Below are positions 1 through 11,490 of a stretch of 64,000 nt of DNA, piece by piece. How positions within the stretch are numbered: the first letter of the stretch is position 1; every line of letters starts with the position of its first letter. Position numbers and translations under genes: made by a program. Location of the stretch: assembly GCF_049554935.1 (NCBI RefSeq), contig NZ_CP186926.1, forward strand, positions 864,001 to 928,000, written 5' to 3'. The notes beneath the pieces were generated by a model. That model worked only from the letters and a program-made list of their open reading frames with translations. It did not search any database and was not told where the DNA came from. The stretch comes from Methanocaldococcus indicus. Lineage in GTDB: Archaea; AGJL01; Methanococci; Methanococcales; Methanocaldococcaceae.

Positions 1-240
1 AATTAACGTGAATCAAAAATTCTTATAATGTTAAAACTATGAACCTAAAGAATTAGACAATTTAACAGGACATAATATCTTTTAAAACATACAAGAAAAA
101 GGCAAAAACTTTAAATATAATTAATATAGAGCATATACCACAAAATCTAATTTTTGAAGTCCAAGAAAAAATGAGAAAATTTCAGTAATACTAATTATAA
201 AATTAACATTAATCAATTATAATATGAATCAAAAGTTTTT
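1..240. promoter_or_regulatory. Probable edge of the Methanococcales replication origin (ORB-like TTTGATTCA boxes in AT-rich DNA)
   Basis: Same-orientation boxes GTGAATCAAAA (8-18), ATGAACCTAAA (39-49) and ATGAATCAAAA (224-234) in non-coding AT-rich DNA. They resemble the TTWGATTCAY motif I recall for predicted methanococcal origins. Confidence 0.45.
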
Positions 241-323
241 TATACAATTAAAAATAAAATAATTGAGCAACCATTAGAAATTTTAATAAAAATATTCATA
301 AAGTTGAAATAAGGTGTATCAAT

Positions 324-851
324 ATGGATAATGTATATAAGGAGGTTGTATCAACAATATTCAGAAAAGCTATTTTACATCATATGTTAATAACAGGAAG
401 TACATTTCCTACAAAATTATCCAAAGATTTAAACATATCAAAAGGATTGTCATCATCTTTTTTAAGGCTCTGTTCTGCCTTAGATATCATGTCAAGAGAA
501 AGAATTGGACATAAGGTTGTATATTCATTAACAAAGAAAGGAATAGCAATATTAAAAAGATTAGCGCCTGAAATATTTGATTTGAGTTTTTCGAATGCTC
601 TTCGAAATTTATCTAAAAAGAGATTTATGACTAAACACTGTCCAATAACAAAAATAGGATTTAGGTTAGATATTCAAAAGGATATGTTTGGAGGGATTAC
701 ATTCTCGTTTTATGACTATGATAACAACCTTTTAGGGCAAGTTTTTAGGAATTATAAAGGTATTTGGTGGTGCACGATATGTAAATCTACTGACTGTAAG
801 CACATAGATTACGTCAAAAAACTATATGATAGATTGGAAAAAACAAATTAA
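324..851 (+). CDS. Winged-helix protein with C-terminal CxxC-x3-CxH (SWIM-like) zinc site
   Basis: HTH-like segment (PTKLSKDLNISKGLSSSFLR...YSLTKKG) and WCTICKSTDCKH; RBS AGGTG upstream. Confidence 0.65.
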   Translation: MDNVYKEVVSTIFRKAILHHMLITGSTFPTKLSKDLNISKGLSSSFLRLCSALDIMSRERIGHKVVYSLTKKGIAILKRLAPEIFDLSFSNALRNLSKKRFMTKHCPITKIGFRLDIQKDMFGGITFSFYDYDNNLLGQVFRNYKGIWWCTICKSTDCKHIDYVKKLYDRLEKTN

Positions 852-852
852 T

Positions 853-1236
853 GATTTTCGAGTTTTCGAGTTGCATGTATGTATATGCTACGGTTGTGCA
901 TATAGAATTTTTTGAAAATGAAATTATCACAACACAAAATTAGAGAGTAGTATAGACTTTTTTGTGATAATAAAATGTAACATGTCTAATTATTCAAATT
1001 GTTGTTGTAAAAATTATTTTTTTGTTTTAAAAAACTTAATTTAATGTTTATTCTTAAATTAATTAAAAATTTAGTTATATAATACTAAATATAAACAACA
1101 AAATTTTTTAAAAATCATTTATTGTGTAAGAAAGTATAATATTATAACAAAAATTTTGTGATAATTTGGAACTAAAAATTTTGTATATACCTTCCCAAAA
1201 ACCTATACATACATGCAACTCGAAAACTCGAAAATC
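853..1236. repeat. Perfect 33-bp inverted repeat flanking an AT-rich spacer
   Basis: GATTTTCGAGTTTTCGAGTTGCATGTATGTATA at 853-885 and its exact reverse complement at 1204-1236; internal ATTATCACAA/TTGTGATAAT boxes near 923, 962 and 1156. Confidence 0.9.
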
Positions 1237-1358
1237 TTATAAGAAAATTAGTTAAATTTTTTAACCAAATAGTATAAAATTATTTTCTTAAAAGAAATAA
1301 TATATTGTGTCATAAATACACACAACTAAGTGAGTGGTATAAAACTACACTTTATATT

Positions 1359-2390
1359 TTATTCGAAATTCCGAAACTCTATAAACCCATCTAATAGGAA
1401 TATTAAAAAATAGTTCTCTTTGTTATCTATAAATTTTGTTAATAAATTTAAAAAAGAAGATTTATTGTATTTTAGCTTAAATCTAACTTTTTTACCAAAT
1501 CTATATTTTGCTAAAATTCCTAAATCAACTAAATCATTTAAATACCTATAAATTGTTGGAAGTTTATAATTGACTCTATATATAATATCATCTATATGGA
1601 ACTTTCTAAGTTCAATAGCCATCTCAACTAACTTTCGATATTTCGAATCCACTATATAAGGCAATATTTTTAGCCAAGGAATTTTTAGCTCTCTTAGTGT
1701 TTTTATATTTCTATTACAACCTCTTAAAATAATCTCTATTATCTCTAAGTTACCATTTGTTATTTTTATTAGATGTTGAGCTACTTTATTGCTTATATAG
1801 TAACCTAATTTTTTTGCAAAATATCTTACAGCTCCTATACTGTTTATTTTTCCTTCAGGAAAAAGTTTTTTTATAAGACTGTGAGATTCTATTGGATATC
1901 TTAAAACAACTGAAATATTGTTTTTTCTTAGCTCATTTATAAATCTAACAAATCCTTTTTTATGCCTCCATTTTCTAATGTCATGAATATCTATAACCAA
2001 TATAGGATTTATAGATTTAAGAATTGACAATAGTTTTCCTCTAACTTTTTTAAAATCCCAATTTTTAACATCATTATAAAAATCTTTTATAGCTCTAAAA
2101 TATGCCTTTTTTGCTCTATAATGTTTTTTATATTTTTTCTTTTGATAAATATAATTAAAGAGATTTTCAAACCATCCAGATTTAGGATTAATCAAGTAAT
2201 ATTTATCCTTTATAATGAATAACAATCTAAGTATGGTCTTTTTCAAATTTGGGGTTGCTAATATATTGATTATTGGATATCTTTTATAGTAAAATCTACC
2301 ACTATCCTCTAATTCTAACAAGTTCCATCTATGAGTAGGATATAAATACAAGTCATTTAAAAACTCTTCAGGAATATCTTTGACTATCAT
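1359..2390 (-). CDS. Conserved hypothetical protein, degenerate AAA+-like region plus C-terminal winged helix
   Basis: 343 aa; Walker-B-like ILVIDIHD, TNGNL lid-like motif and wHTH (TIYRYLNDLVDLGIL); no intact Walker A seen. Confidence 0.5.
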   Translation of the reverse strand: MIVKDIPEEFLNDLYLYPTHRWNLLELEDSGRFYYKRYPIINILATPNLKKTILRLLFIIKDKYYLINPKSGWFENLFNYIYQKKKYKKHYRAKKAYFRAIKDFYNDVKNWDFKKVRGKLLSILKSINPILVIDIHDIRKWRHKKGFVRFINELRKNNISVVLRYPIESHSLIKKLFPEGKINSIGAVRYFAKKLGYYISNKVAQHLIKITNGNLEIIEIILRGCNRNIKTLRELKIPWLKILPYIVDSKYRKLVEMAIELRKFHIDDIIYRVNYKLPTIYRYLNDLVDLGILAKYRFGKKVRFKLKYNKSSFLNLLTKFIDNKENYFLIFLLDGFIEFRNFE

Positions 2391-2392
2391 AC

Positions 2393-3067
2393 CTATCTTA
2401 TTTTTTTAATTATTGCTATTGAAAGATAGTCATTAAACTCATTAAAATCAATATCTTTTATTTTTCCAAAAACAGCTTTTTCATTATCAAATGTGGCTCT
2501 TTTAACTAATCCTATAACAATATCATCCCTATCTTTAATTTTTTCTAATTTTTTCTCTAAGTTTTTAGTTTTCATTATTATTATAGTGTCAAATTCATCT
2601 ATGTATTTCTCTATATCTTTGCCTTGTGGAAGAATACAGAGTTTTTCATCACCTTCAACTAATGGAATATTTAAAGCTTTTGCAGCAGCAAATATAGAAG
2701 ATATTCCATTGACTATTTCAACTTTAATATCTCTCTCCAATAACTTTTTCCATAGATATGAAAAAGTGCTATATAAAGTAGGGTCCCCAATTGTTATAAC
2801 TGCAACGTCTCTTTTTTCATTAACAATTTTGTTAATTGCAAGGTCCCAATACTTTTTAGTTTTTTCTTTATCTTTAATCATTGGAAATAAGAGTTCTTCA
2901 ACTTCTTTATCATTAATGTAATCTTTAACTATTTCATAAGCAACTGATTTTCTACCTTCTTTGGATATAGGAACAAACACCTTATCAACTTTTTTTAAAA
3001 TATTTAGTGCTTTTAGTGTTATTAGCTCTTTATCTCCTGGACCTACTCCTATACCATACACTATCAT
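2393..3067 (-). CDS. cbiL: Precorrin-2/cobalt-factor II C20-methyltransferase
   Basis: YGIGVGPGDKELIT, GDPTLYSTF and NGISS tetrapyrrole methylase motifs. Confidence 0.9.
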   Translation of the reverse strand: MIVYGIGVGPGDKELITLKALNILKKVDKVFVPISKEGRKSVAYEIVKDYINDKEVEELLFPMIKDKEKTKKYWDLAINKIVNEKRDVAVITIGDPTLYSTFSYLWKKLLERDIKVEIVNGISSIFAAAKALNIPLVEGDEKLCILPQGKDIEKYIDEFDTIIIMKTKNLEKKLEKIKDRDDIVIGLVKRATFDNEKAVFGKIKDIDFNEFNDYLSIAIIKKIR

Positions 3068-3246
3068 TGTAATCTCCTAATCTAAGTTAAAGACTAATAA
3101 CTTATTAACTACTATTTAAATTTTATAAAAATTATTTTAACTGTTTATTTTGAATTTTTAGAGTTATATATATAATTTTATTTTAACTAAAAGTATATAT
3201 ACAATATGAAACAAAGACAAAAACTAAAATAAATGGAGTTGGAAAT

Positions 3247-3696
3247 TTGATAAATAAAGGAGATAAAGTTAAAGTTGATTATGTTTTAGAGGTTGATGGA
3301 AAAGTTATTGATACATCAATTGAAGAAGTGGCTAAGGAGCATAATATTTATAATGAAGAGAGAGAATATCAACCAATTGAGTTTGTTGTTGGTAGTAACC
3401 AACTAATTGAAGGATTTGAAGAAGCTGTTATAGGAATGGAAGTTGGTGAAGAGAAAGAAGTTGTTATACCTCCAGAAAAAGGATATGGATATAGAGATGA
3501 AAATCTTATTCAAGAAATTCCAAAAGAGATGTTTGAAGGAGCTGATTTTGAGCCTGAGGAGGGAATGCTAATTTTAGCAAATGGTATGCCTGCTAAGATA
3601 ATTAAAGTAACTGATGATACAGTTGTTTTAGATTTCAACCATGAATTAGCTGGAAAGGAACTTAAATTTAAAATTAAAGTAGTTGATAAAGAATAA
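3247..3696 (+). CDS. FKBP-type peptidyl-prolyl isomerase (short SlyD-like)
   Basis: [20 protein letters not shown] and [11 protein letters not shown] motifs. Confidence 0.93.
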   Translation: MINKGDKVKVDYVLEVDGKVIDTSIEEVAKEHNIYNEEREYQPIEFVVGSNQLIEGFEEAVIGMEVGEEKEVVIPPEKGYGYRDENLIQEIPKEMFEGADFEPEEGMLILANGMPAKIIKVTDDTVVLDFNHELAGKELKFKIKVVDKE

Positions 3697-4967
<1,271 letters not shown>

Positions 4968-5879
4968 CTATGAACTGTCCATTTTCTATAATTTCTCCAA
5001 TCTCTATAAATTTCATTTCTTTTAATTTTCTTTTTATAGTTGTTAATTTATTTGTAGTAAATAGAATTTCAAATTCTTCCCCACTATTTAAAGCTACTTT
5101 TATAGGATTTAAATTAAACTCTTCACAAAATTCTAAGACATCCTCTGGAATTAATTTATATAATTTATCTGAGTAGATATAAAAGCTCTTAAAATATTTT
5201 AACTCCTTAGCTAAGCCATCTGAAATATCACAAGCTCCTCTTACAAATTCTACAATTTTCAAAAACTCAATTTTAGCTCTTGGATATCTTAACTTTTTAA
5301 ATATTTCTTTATATTTTTCTTCATACTTTTCTAATTCATTTTTTGAGATTTTTCCTCTCTTATATCTATAATAAAGATAGAGGGCACAATACACTCTCCC
5401 AATATTGTTAGTAACAACTAACTTATCTTTTGCATTTCCACATCTATATAGTGGTTTTATACACTCTCCAAGAGCAAAGCCTGATAAAACTAACTCATAT
5501 CCTTTAACTGTATCACCACCAATAATAGGACATTTGTATATTTCTGAGTATTCATATAATCCTTTATATAACTCTTTTATAAAATCTTCATTAGCCTCAT
5601 ATTTTGATAAGACAATAGATAACAAAAAATAAAGTGGCTTTGCACCACAACTAACCAAATCAGATATATTTGCTGTTAAAACTCTTACTCCAATCTGGTA
5701 AGGAGTTAATATATCAGGAATATGAGTTTTTCTACATATTGTGTCAGTAGTTAGGGCTAAATATTTATTATTGAAGTTTATAATTGCACAGTCATCTCCA
5801 ATACCTTTTATAGTATTTTTATTGTTGTATTTTAAAATATTTTTTATAATTTCAATTATTTTGAGTTCATCCATAACTA

Positions 5880-7151
5880 TCAAATTGGAAGTATTGTATT
5901 TCTAACTGGGACATAAGTAGGGATTTTTAAGTTTTTCCAGATAGTCATTGCAAATGAATGTGCTTGGTATCTTTCTCCATGCATAACAATAGCTTTCTTT
6001 GGAGTAGGTAGTTTTTTTAAATATCTAACTAATGAGTTATAATCAGAATGAGCTGAGAACTCTATTTTAATAACTTTTCCTCTAATTGGAATAGTATTTT
6101 TAAAAGGAGTTATTTCGTTTGCTCCTTCTTCTAACTCTCTTCCTAAGGTTCCCTCTGCTTGATAACCTGTTAATATTAATTTGTTTTTTGGATTTTTTAG
6201 AAGTTTTAAATATTTTAGTATAGGCCCTCCTTGTAGCATACCTGAGGTGGAGATAATAATACAAGGCTCATTATTAAATACAGAATCATCAGCTTTTTTT
6301 ATCTCTCCAAATGGATTTATTCCTGTCTCTAACATATTTCTAATTTTTGGATTCAACCATTCTGAGTAGGATAGATAAATAGAAGTGGCATGAATTAGAG
6401 AACCATCAGTATATATAGGAACTTCTTTTAAAATACCTGTTCTCATATAGTTGTTAATAATTAACAAAATCTCCTGAGCTCTTCCAACAGCAAATACTGG
6501 TATTAAAACTTTTCCTCCATTTTCAATAGTTTCAGCAATTTCATCAATTAGTTGTTTTTCTAATTCTTTTCTTGATGGTTTAATATCCAAAGGAGAGCCA
6601 TAAGTAGATTCAATTATAAGAATGTCTATTTCATCTATATCAGTATCAGCTCCTTTCATTGTTTTAGTGGAAACTTCATTAATATCTCCTGTGTAAAAGA
6701 TTTTTTTACCTTCAATTTCTAAGTAAATGGATAAACTTCCTAATATATGTCCAGCATTGTATAATTTAAATTTAATGTTCTCATCTAAAACCTTCTCCTC
6801 ATAGTAATTTAGAGGTTCAATAACCTCCATAGCTTTCTGGATATCTTCCTCTTTGAAGGATTTAGTTAAATTTAAAGTGTCTTTCCAAGTAATATACATT
6901 AAATCAGCAGTAGGATATGTGCAATAAATCTTTTTAAATTTAAAAAATGGGATAGCTCCACAGTGGTCAAGATGAGCATGGGAAACAATAACCTCATCTA
7001 TCTCTTTATCATTAATCTTAGGAATCTCTCCAGTATTTGGATGCAAACCACAATCTAATAAAATTCTTCTTTTACCTTTACCTATAATCTCTACACAACT
7101 CATTCCTACCTCTTGAGCTCCACCATGAAATTTCAACAGCATAAATTTCAC
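5880..7151 (-). CDS. Metallo-beta-lactamase/beta-CASP ribonuclease
   Basis: SHAHLDH, AGHILGS, ESTYG and FSAH motifs. Confidence 0.92.
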   Translation of the reverse strand: MKFMLLKFHGGAQEVGMSCVEIIGKGKRRILLDCGLHPNTGEIPKINDKEIDEVIVSHAHLDHCGAIPFFKFKKIYCTYPTADLMYITWKDTLNLTKSFKEEDIQKAMEVIEPLNYYEEKVLDENIKFKLYNAGHILGSLSIYLEIEGKKIFYTGDINEVSTKTMKGADTDIDEIDILIIESTYGSPLDIKPSRKELEKQLIDEIAETIENGGKVLIPVFAVGRAQEILLIINNYMRTGILKEVPIYTDGSLIHATSIYLSYSEWLNPKIRNMLETGINPFGEIKKADDSVFNNEPCIIISTSGMLQGGPILKYLKLLKNPKNKLILTGYQAEGTLGRELEEGANEITPFKNTIPIRGKVIKIEFSAHSDYNSLVRYLKKLPTPKKAIVMHGERYQAHSFAMTIWKNLKIPTYVPVRNTILPI

Positions 7152-7155
7152 ATTT

Positions 7156-8409
7156 TTAAATTATTTTTCCTAATAGTCCAAATGTTTTAGCATTAGTAAT
7201 TTTAACTTTTTTAAATTCACCAATATCTTCACAATCTACTTTAACAACTTTAAAATTATCTAAATAAGCTTTATTTTTATCAACAATTAGACATTTAAGA
7301 GTTTTTCCTATATATTTTTTATTTTGTTTATAGCTTAACTCTCTCCTTAGTTTATCTAAAATTCTACTTCTTTCTTTTTTTATTTTTGAATCAACTTGTT
7401 TCATTTTAGCTGCTGGTGTTTTTTTTCTTACAGTGTATTTAGCAGCATGTATATAATCAGGTTTAATCTTTTTTAACACTTCTAATGTATTGTTAAATTG
7501 CTCATCTGTTTCAGTAGGAAATCCAACAATTATATCAGTTACAAAGCATAAATCTTTTATTTTTTTTCTAAATTCTTTAACTAACTCTATAAATTCATCT
7601 ACTGTATAGCCTCTATTCATCAATTTTAATATTTCATTATCACCACTTTGTAATGGAAGATGCAAAAATTTACCAACTTTTTCAGATTTATAGCTTTCAA
7701 TAACTTCATCAACAACATTCATTAATGATTTTGGATGCATCATTCCTACTCTCATTATAAACTCTTTGTCAATAGATGATAAATCATTTAATAGATTAGC
7801 TAAGTTATCTCCTCTATCAAATCCATAACATGCTGTATCCTGTGCAGTTATAAATAAACATTTTGCTCCTTTATTTAAGATATATTTTACTCTCTCAACT
7901 AAAATCTCTCTTGGGTAGGATTTGAGAGAACCTCTTGCTAATCTAACTATACAAAAGCTACACTTACCTAAGCAACCCTCAGCAATTGGAAGAGGAGTTA
8001 TTAACTTAGGTTCTAATAAATAAAGCTTTTTATATAGCTCTTTATTAAGATTTTCATCATTATGCTCTATATTCTCATTTTTTAAATAATTTTTTAAAAT
8101 TTCTCCTGCTTTAAATGCTTCTTTTGGCAAAATGTATGGTAGATTATTAATTTTTTCTTTTAAAGCTTTTGGCAAACATCCAGCAACTACAACAAATTTA
8201 TTCATATTTTTAAATTTTTTGATTCTGTATATCATTCTATTTTCTGTCTCTAATCTTACAATACATGTATTAATTATTACAATATCTGCCTCTTCTAAAT
8301 TATCAACTATTGTAAATCCTTCTTTAATTAATGAATTTTTTATAATATCAGTGTCAGCTTGGTTCAAAACACACCCATATCCTTCAATATAAACTTTCAT
8401 AATCATCAC
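7156..8409 (-). CDS. MiaB-like radical SAM tRNA methylthiotransferase (archaeal MtaB type)
   Basis: YGC..N N-terminal domain, INTC, GCLGKCSFC cluster motif and C-terminal TRAM domain. Confidence 0.9.
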   Translation of the reverse strand: MMIMKVYIEGYGCVLNQADTDIIKNSLIKEGFTIVDNLEEADIVIINTCIVRLETENRMIYRIKKFKNMNKFVVVAGCLPKALKEKINNLPYILPKEAFKAGEILKNYLKNENIEHNDENLNKELYKKLYLLEPKLITPLPIAEGCLGKCSFCIVRLARGSLKSYPREILVERVKYILNKGAKCLFITAQDTACYGFDRGDNLANLLNDLSSIDKEFIMRVGMMHPKSLMNVVDEVIESYKSEKVGKFLHLPLQSGDNEILKLMNRGYTVDEFIELVKEFRKKIKDLCFVTDIIVGFPTETDEQFNNTLEVLKKIKPDYIHAAKYTVRKKTPAAKMKQVDSKIKKERSRILDKLRRELSYKQNKKYIGKTLKCLIVDKNKAYLDNFKVVKVDCEDIGEFKKVKITNAKTFGLLGKII

Positions 8410-8479
8410 AATAAATAAAAATTTATTTATAATAGGGATAATTATAATAATTATAATACTTATTTAGTTAGAAAGCTTA

Positions 8480-9436
8480 ATGGGAAATATGATGATGAAA
8501 GATTATGCATACATAGGCTTAAAAATTTTAGATTATCTTATTGAAGCTGTTAATTTTTTAAACTTAGGGGATTATGAAAAAGCTAAATTTTATATTGATA
8601 AAGCTAAGGAGTTAGATAAAGACAATCCTCTTGTATTGTTAGTAGATGGAATTATAAATTTAGTTGAGGGAAATATAGATAATGCTGAAAAAGACTATTT
8701 AAAGTTATTTTTAGATAGTAATAATAAATCAATAATTGCTCTAAGAAATTTAATATGTCTATGTTTTATTAAAGGACAGTATGATAAGGTTTTGGAATAT
8801 ATAAATAAATTAGAGAATATAAACAAAATATGTATTTTATCACCTTTTCATAAGATATTGATTTATATAGATAGATATCAGTATGATTTAGCTTTGGAAG
8901 AGATTGATAAAGCTTTAAAAAAATATCCCAATGCAACACCATTTTATAAGTTTAAAATAAATATATTGTATCACTTAGGAAGATATAGAGAAACTTATGA
9001 AATATTAGAAAAATGTTTAGAATTATCCCCAAATGATGCATATTTATGGACTATTAAAGGAGAAATTTTAGAGCACTTTAATAAACCTAAGGAGGCTATT
9101 GAAGCATATATAACAGCTCTTAATTTAAATAAAAATTTAAAGTATTTATATAAAAAGTTAGGATACTTATACTTGGAAATTGATGATGTATTAATGTCTA
9201 TAAAATATTTTGAAGAGTACTTAGAGTATAATCCAAATGATTTAGAGGCAATATTTTATTTAGGATTAGCTTATGAAAAAAACAAAGAATATAATAAAGC
9301 AATTAAGTATTACAACAAGGTTATAGACTCTAATCATAATATACTTTCAAAGATTGCAAGATTACATAAAGCAAGAATTTTAGAAAACTTAGGTAGAATA
9401 GAAGAATCTTTAGAAGAGTATAATAAACTGTTTTAG
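8480..9436 (+). CDS. Tetratricopeptide-repeat protein
   Basis: Repeated TPR-like helical units (e.g. AIFYLGLAYEKNKEYNKAIKYYNKVI). Confidence 0.85.
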   Translation: MGNMMMKDYAYIGLKILDYLIEAVNFLNLGDYEKAKFYIDKAKELDKDNPLVLLVDGIINLVEGNIDNAEKDYLKLFLDSNNKSIIALRNLICLCFIKGQYDKVLEYINKLENINKICILSPFHKILIYIDRYQYDLALEEIDKALKKYPNATPFYKFKINILYHLGRYRETYEILEKCLELSPNDAYLWTIKGEILEHFNKPKEAIEAYITALNLNKNLKYLYKKLGYLYLEIDDVLMSIKYFEEYLEYNPNDLEAIFYLGLAYEKNKEYNKAIKYYNKVIDSNHNILSKIARLHKARILENLGRIEESLEEYNKLF

Positions 9437-9527
9437 CTGATAAGATATAAACAGTAATTTATGTATTATAACTTTATATTAGATTTCTTTGTTAATTTTT
9501 ATTATTAATTTTTTGGAGGGATAAGCT

Positions 9528-10166
9528 ATGCAGAAAGTTAGTCCTACAAGGATGGAACTTTTAAAGTTAAAGAATAAGATAAAATTGGCTGAAAAAGGGC
9601 ATAAACTTTTAAAGCAGAAAAGAGATGCTTTAATTATGGAATTTTTTCAAATAATTGATTTGGCAGCTAATTTAAGAGAAAAAGTAGAAAGTAAGTTAGA
9701 AGAAGCTTATAAAGATTTAATTTTGGCAGAGTTAAGTATGGGGACATTAGCAGTTAAGGAGGTTTCATTTGCAGCAAAGAATGACAAGTTAGAGGTAGAT
9801 ATGGATACTAAAAATATAATGGGTGTTACTGTTCCTACTTTTGAAATATATAATGTTAAAAGAAAATTTGGGGAGAGAGGATACTCTCCTTATGGTGTTA
9901 GTGCTAAGGTAGATGAAGCAGCTAAAAAGTTTGAAGAGGCATTAGAATTAATAACAGAGTTGGCTGAAATAGAGACATCAATAAAGCTCTTAGCAGAAGA
10001 GATAATAAAAACAAAAAGAAGAGTCAATGCATTAGAGTATGTTATAATTCCAAGATTAAAAGCTCTTAAAAAATACATCTCTATGAGATTAGATGAGATG
10101 GAAAGAGAAAACTTCTTCAGATTAAAACTAATAAAAGCAAGAATAGAACAAAGAGAAGAACAATAA
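9528..10166 (+). CDS. atpD: A-type ATP synthase subunit D
   Basis: [19 protein letters not shown] and [14 protein letters not shown]. Confidence 0.96.
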   Translation: MQKVSPTRMELLKLKNKIKLAEKGHKLLKQKRDALIMEFFQIIDLAANLREKVESKLEEAYKDLILAELSMGTLAVKEVSFAAKNDKLEVDMDTKNIMGVTVPTFEIYNVKRKFGERGYSPYGVSAKVDEAAKKFEEALELITELAEIETSIKLLAEEIIKTKRRVNALEYVIIPRLKALKKYISMRLDEMERENFFRLKLIKARIEQREEQ

Positions 10167-10249
10167 TTAATTTTAAAATCTTTTTTATTTTTTATCTATA
10201 TCTTGTAATTTTAATTAATTTTAATATTAAATTAAAAAATTAAAAAAAA

Positions 10250-10307
10250 TATGGCGCGGGGGCCGGGATTTGAACCCGGGTAGGGCGGTGCCCAACGGGA
10301 TTAGCAG
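10250..10307 (-). repeat. Attachment site (displaced 3' half of tRNA-Ser)
   Basis: Matches 36990-37047 with one mismatch (10289 T vs 37029 A); identity stops at the anticodon loop. Confidence 0.95.
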
Positions 10308-10548
10308 GAATGATATATAAGCCAACAATATAAAATTATAAAATAGCTTTTTTATCAGAAAATAAGCTTTATTATCAAATATTAGAGTAAGTCCAGTAAG
10401 GTTATAACGCTTTTTTATGTGAAATCTCAAAGGAAATTTTAGAGGACTCTATTTTTTGGATTACTACACTGCTGGACTAAAAAAATTAGTTATAAATAGA
10501 AATGTATAAATATATAAACCATTTAAAAATTTATTAAATCTGTAAATT

Positions 10549-10791
10549 GTGGTATCTATGGATTGGATAAGCAAAGCCATTAAACACCCTGGTTCTTTAA
10601 GAAAGAAACTACATGGTCATTTAGGTAGAGTTATAATTGGTGCCACAAAAAAGCCAATTTTCACGAAATCTGGAGATATTAACATCAATACTTTGAAGCA
10701 GTTTAGGACCACACGAGCATATCATGAGTTAGATAAAATAACAAAACAGCAAATAAATCTTGCAATAACTCTCAGAAGAATAAGAAAGTGA
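10549..10791 (+). CDS. Fusellovirus VP2-like basic DNA-binding virion protein
   Basis: WISKAIKHPG...FTKSGDI...LAITLRRI parallels SSV1 VP2 as I recall it (WVQKAIKRPG...FTKDGDI...LAKRLKRM). Start may be ATG 10558. Confidence 0.75.
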   Translation: MVSMDWISKAIKHPGSLRKKLHGHLGRVIIGATKKPIFTKSGDININTLKQFRTTRAYHELDKITKQQINLAITLRRIRK

Positions 10792-11156
10792 TGATTATGG
10801 AGCTCAAATGTCCAGTTTGTAAAAGTAATTATATTATTTTTGATGAGAGGCATTATGAACTGTATTGCTTTACGTGTGGTTATGTAATTGAAGATCTTTC
10901 TCTTGTTTTAGAAATTAAATATGACAGGGAACTGAACAACTTAGATAAGGAAGTTAAATATAGAAGAATTAAGAAATATAAAGAAAGAAAGGCTATGAAG
11001 TTACTGGCAGAAAAATATGACAAGCTGGGATTACCGGATTACTATTTTTATAGGTTTATTGAGTACTGTCATAGGAAAGGAATAAAGAATAATAACATCA
11101 GCAGACACATGAAGAAGCTGTATAATGACTTTGTGAGAGAATGCTTAGAGAAATAG
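10788..11156 (+). CDS. TFB/TFIIB-type zinc-ribbon protein
   Basis: CPVCKSNYIIFD...ELYCFTCGYVIED followed by a short basic helical region; no cyclin repeats. Confidence 0.75.
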   Translation: MMIMELKCPVCKSNYIIFDERHYELYCFTCGYVIEDLSLVLEIKYDRELNNLDKEVKYRRIKKYKERKAMKLLAEKYDKLGLPDYYFYRFIEYCHRKGIKNNNISRHMKKLYNDFVRECLEK

Positions 11157-11195
11157 CAATTTTTTACTGTTGTCTTTCTTTATTTTTTGGTTTGT

Positions 11196-11215
11196 TGGGG
11201 ATATTAATATCCCCA
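11196..11215. promoter_or_regulatory. Perfect 20-bp palindrome
   Basis: TGGGGATATTAATATCCCCA is its own reverse complement; a half-site-like TGGGGTATTA follows near 11230. Confidence 0.6.
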
Positions 11216-11334
11216 GTAAGTACAATCCTTGGGGTATTATTGTATATTTTTACTATGTGTTCATTTTTTTTAAGTTTTATTTTTCTTATAATTCATAAAC
11301 TTAAATTTAAAAATTAAAATTTTTTACTCAAAGA

Positions 11335-11407
11335 TTGCCGAGTTCAAAAATTTTCGGCAACTTTGCTTTTTTCCAGTCAAAAATTGCCGAGTTAGTGAAG
11401 TCGGCAG
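11335..11407. promoter_or_regulatory. Two imperfect palindromes TTGCCGAGTT...TCGGCA (operator- or res-like)
   Basis: TTGCCGAGTT-caaaaa-TTTTCGGCAA (11335-11360) and TTGCCGAGTT-agtg-AAGTCGGCAG (11384-11407). Confidence 0.6.
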
Positions 11408-11455
11408 TTATCTACATGATGTAAGCAACTTAGGGTTGATATTTGTTTTCCTTTA

Positions 11456-11467
11456 CTCTGAGGTTAC
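11456..11467 (+). promoter_or_regulatory. Element-specific upstream motif CTCTGAGGTTAC (copy 1)
   Basis: Also at 11886-11897 (one mismatch) and 16345-16356; each lies 22-33 nt before a gene start. Confidence 0.65.
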
Positions 11468-11490
11468 TAAATACAATTGGAGGTGCAAAA

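Noticed and set aside
853-1236. Autonomous IS element
   Set aside because: No transposase ORF and no clear target-site duplication.
9528-10166. atpD separated from the ATP synthase operon by provirus insertion
   Set aside because: atpD lies outside att, and a stand-alone atpD is as I recall for M. jannaschii.
10250-10307. Possible second tRNA gene
   Set aside because: Only the 3' half; no D-arm or 5' acceptor strand.
10227-10430. 67-aa minus-strand ORF
   Set aside because: Runs across the att/tRNA fragment; a shadow ORF with no integrase motifs, and the integrase is intact elsewhere.
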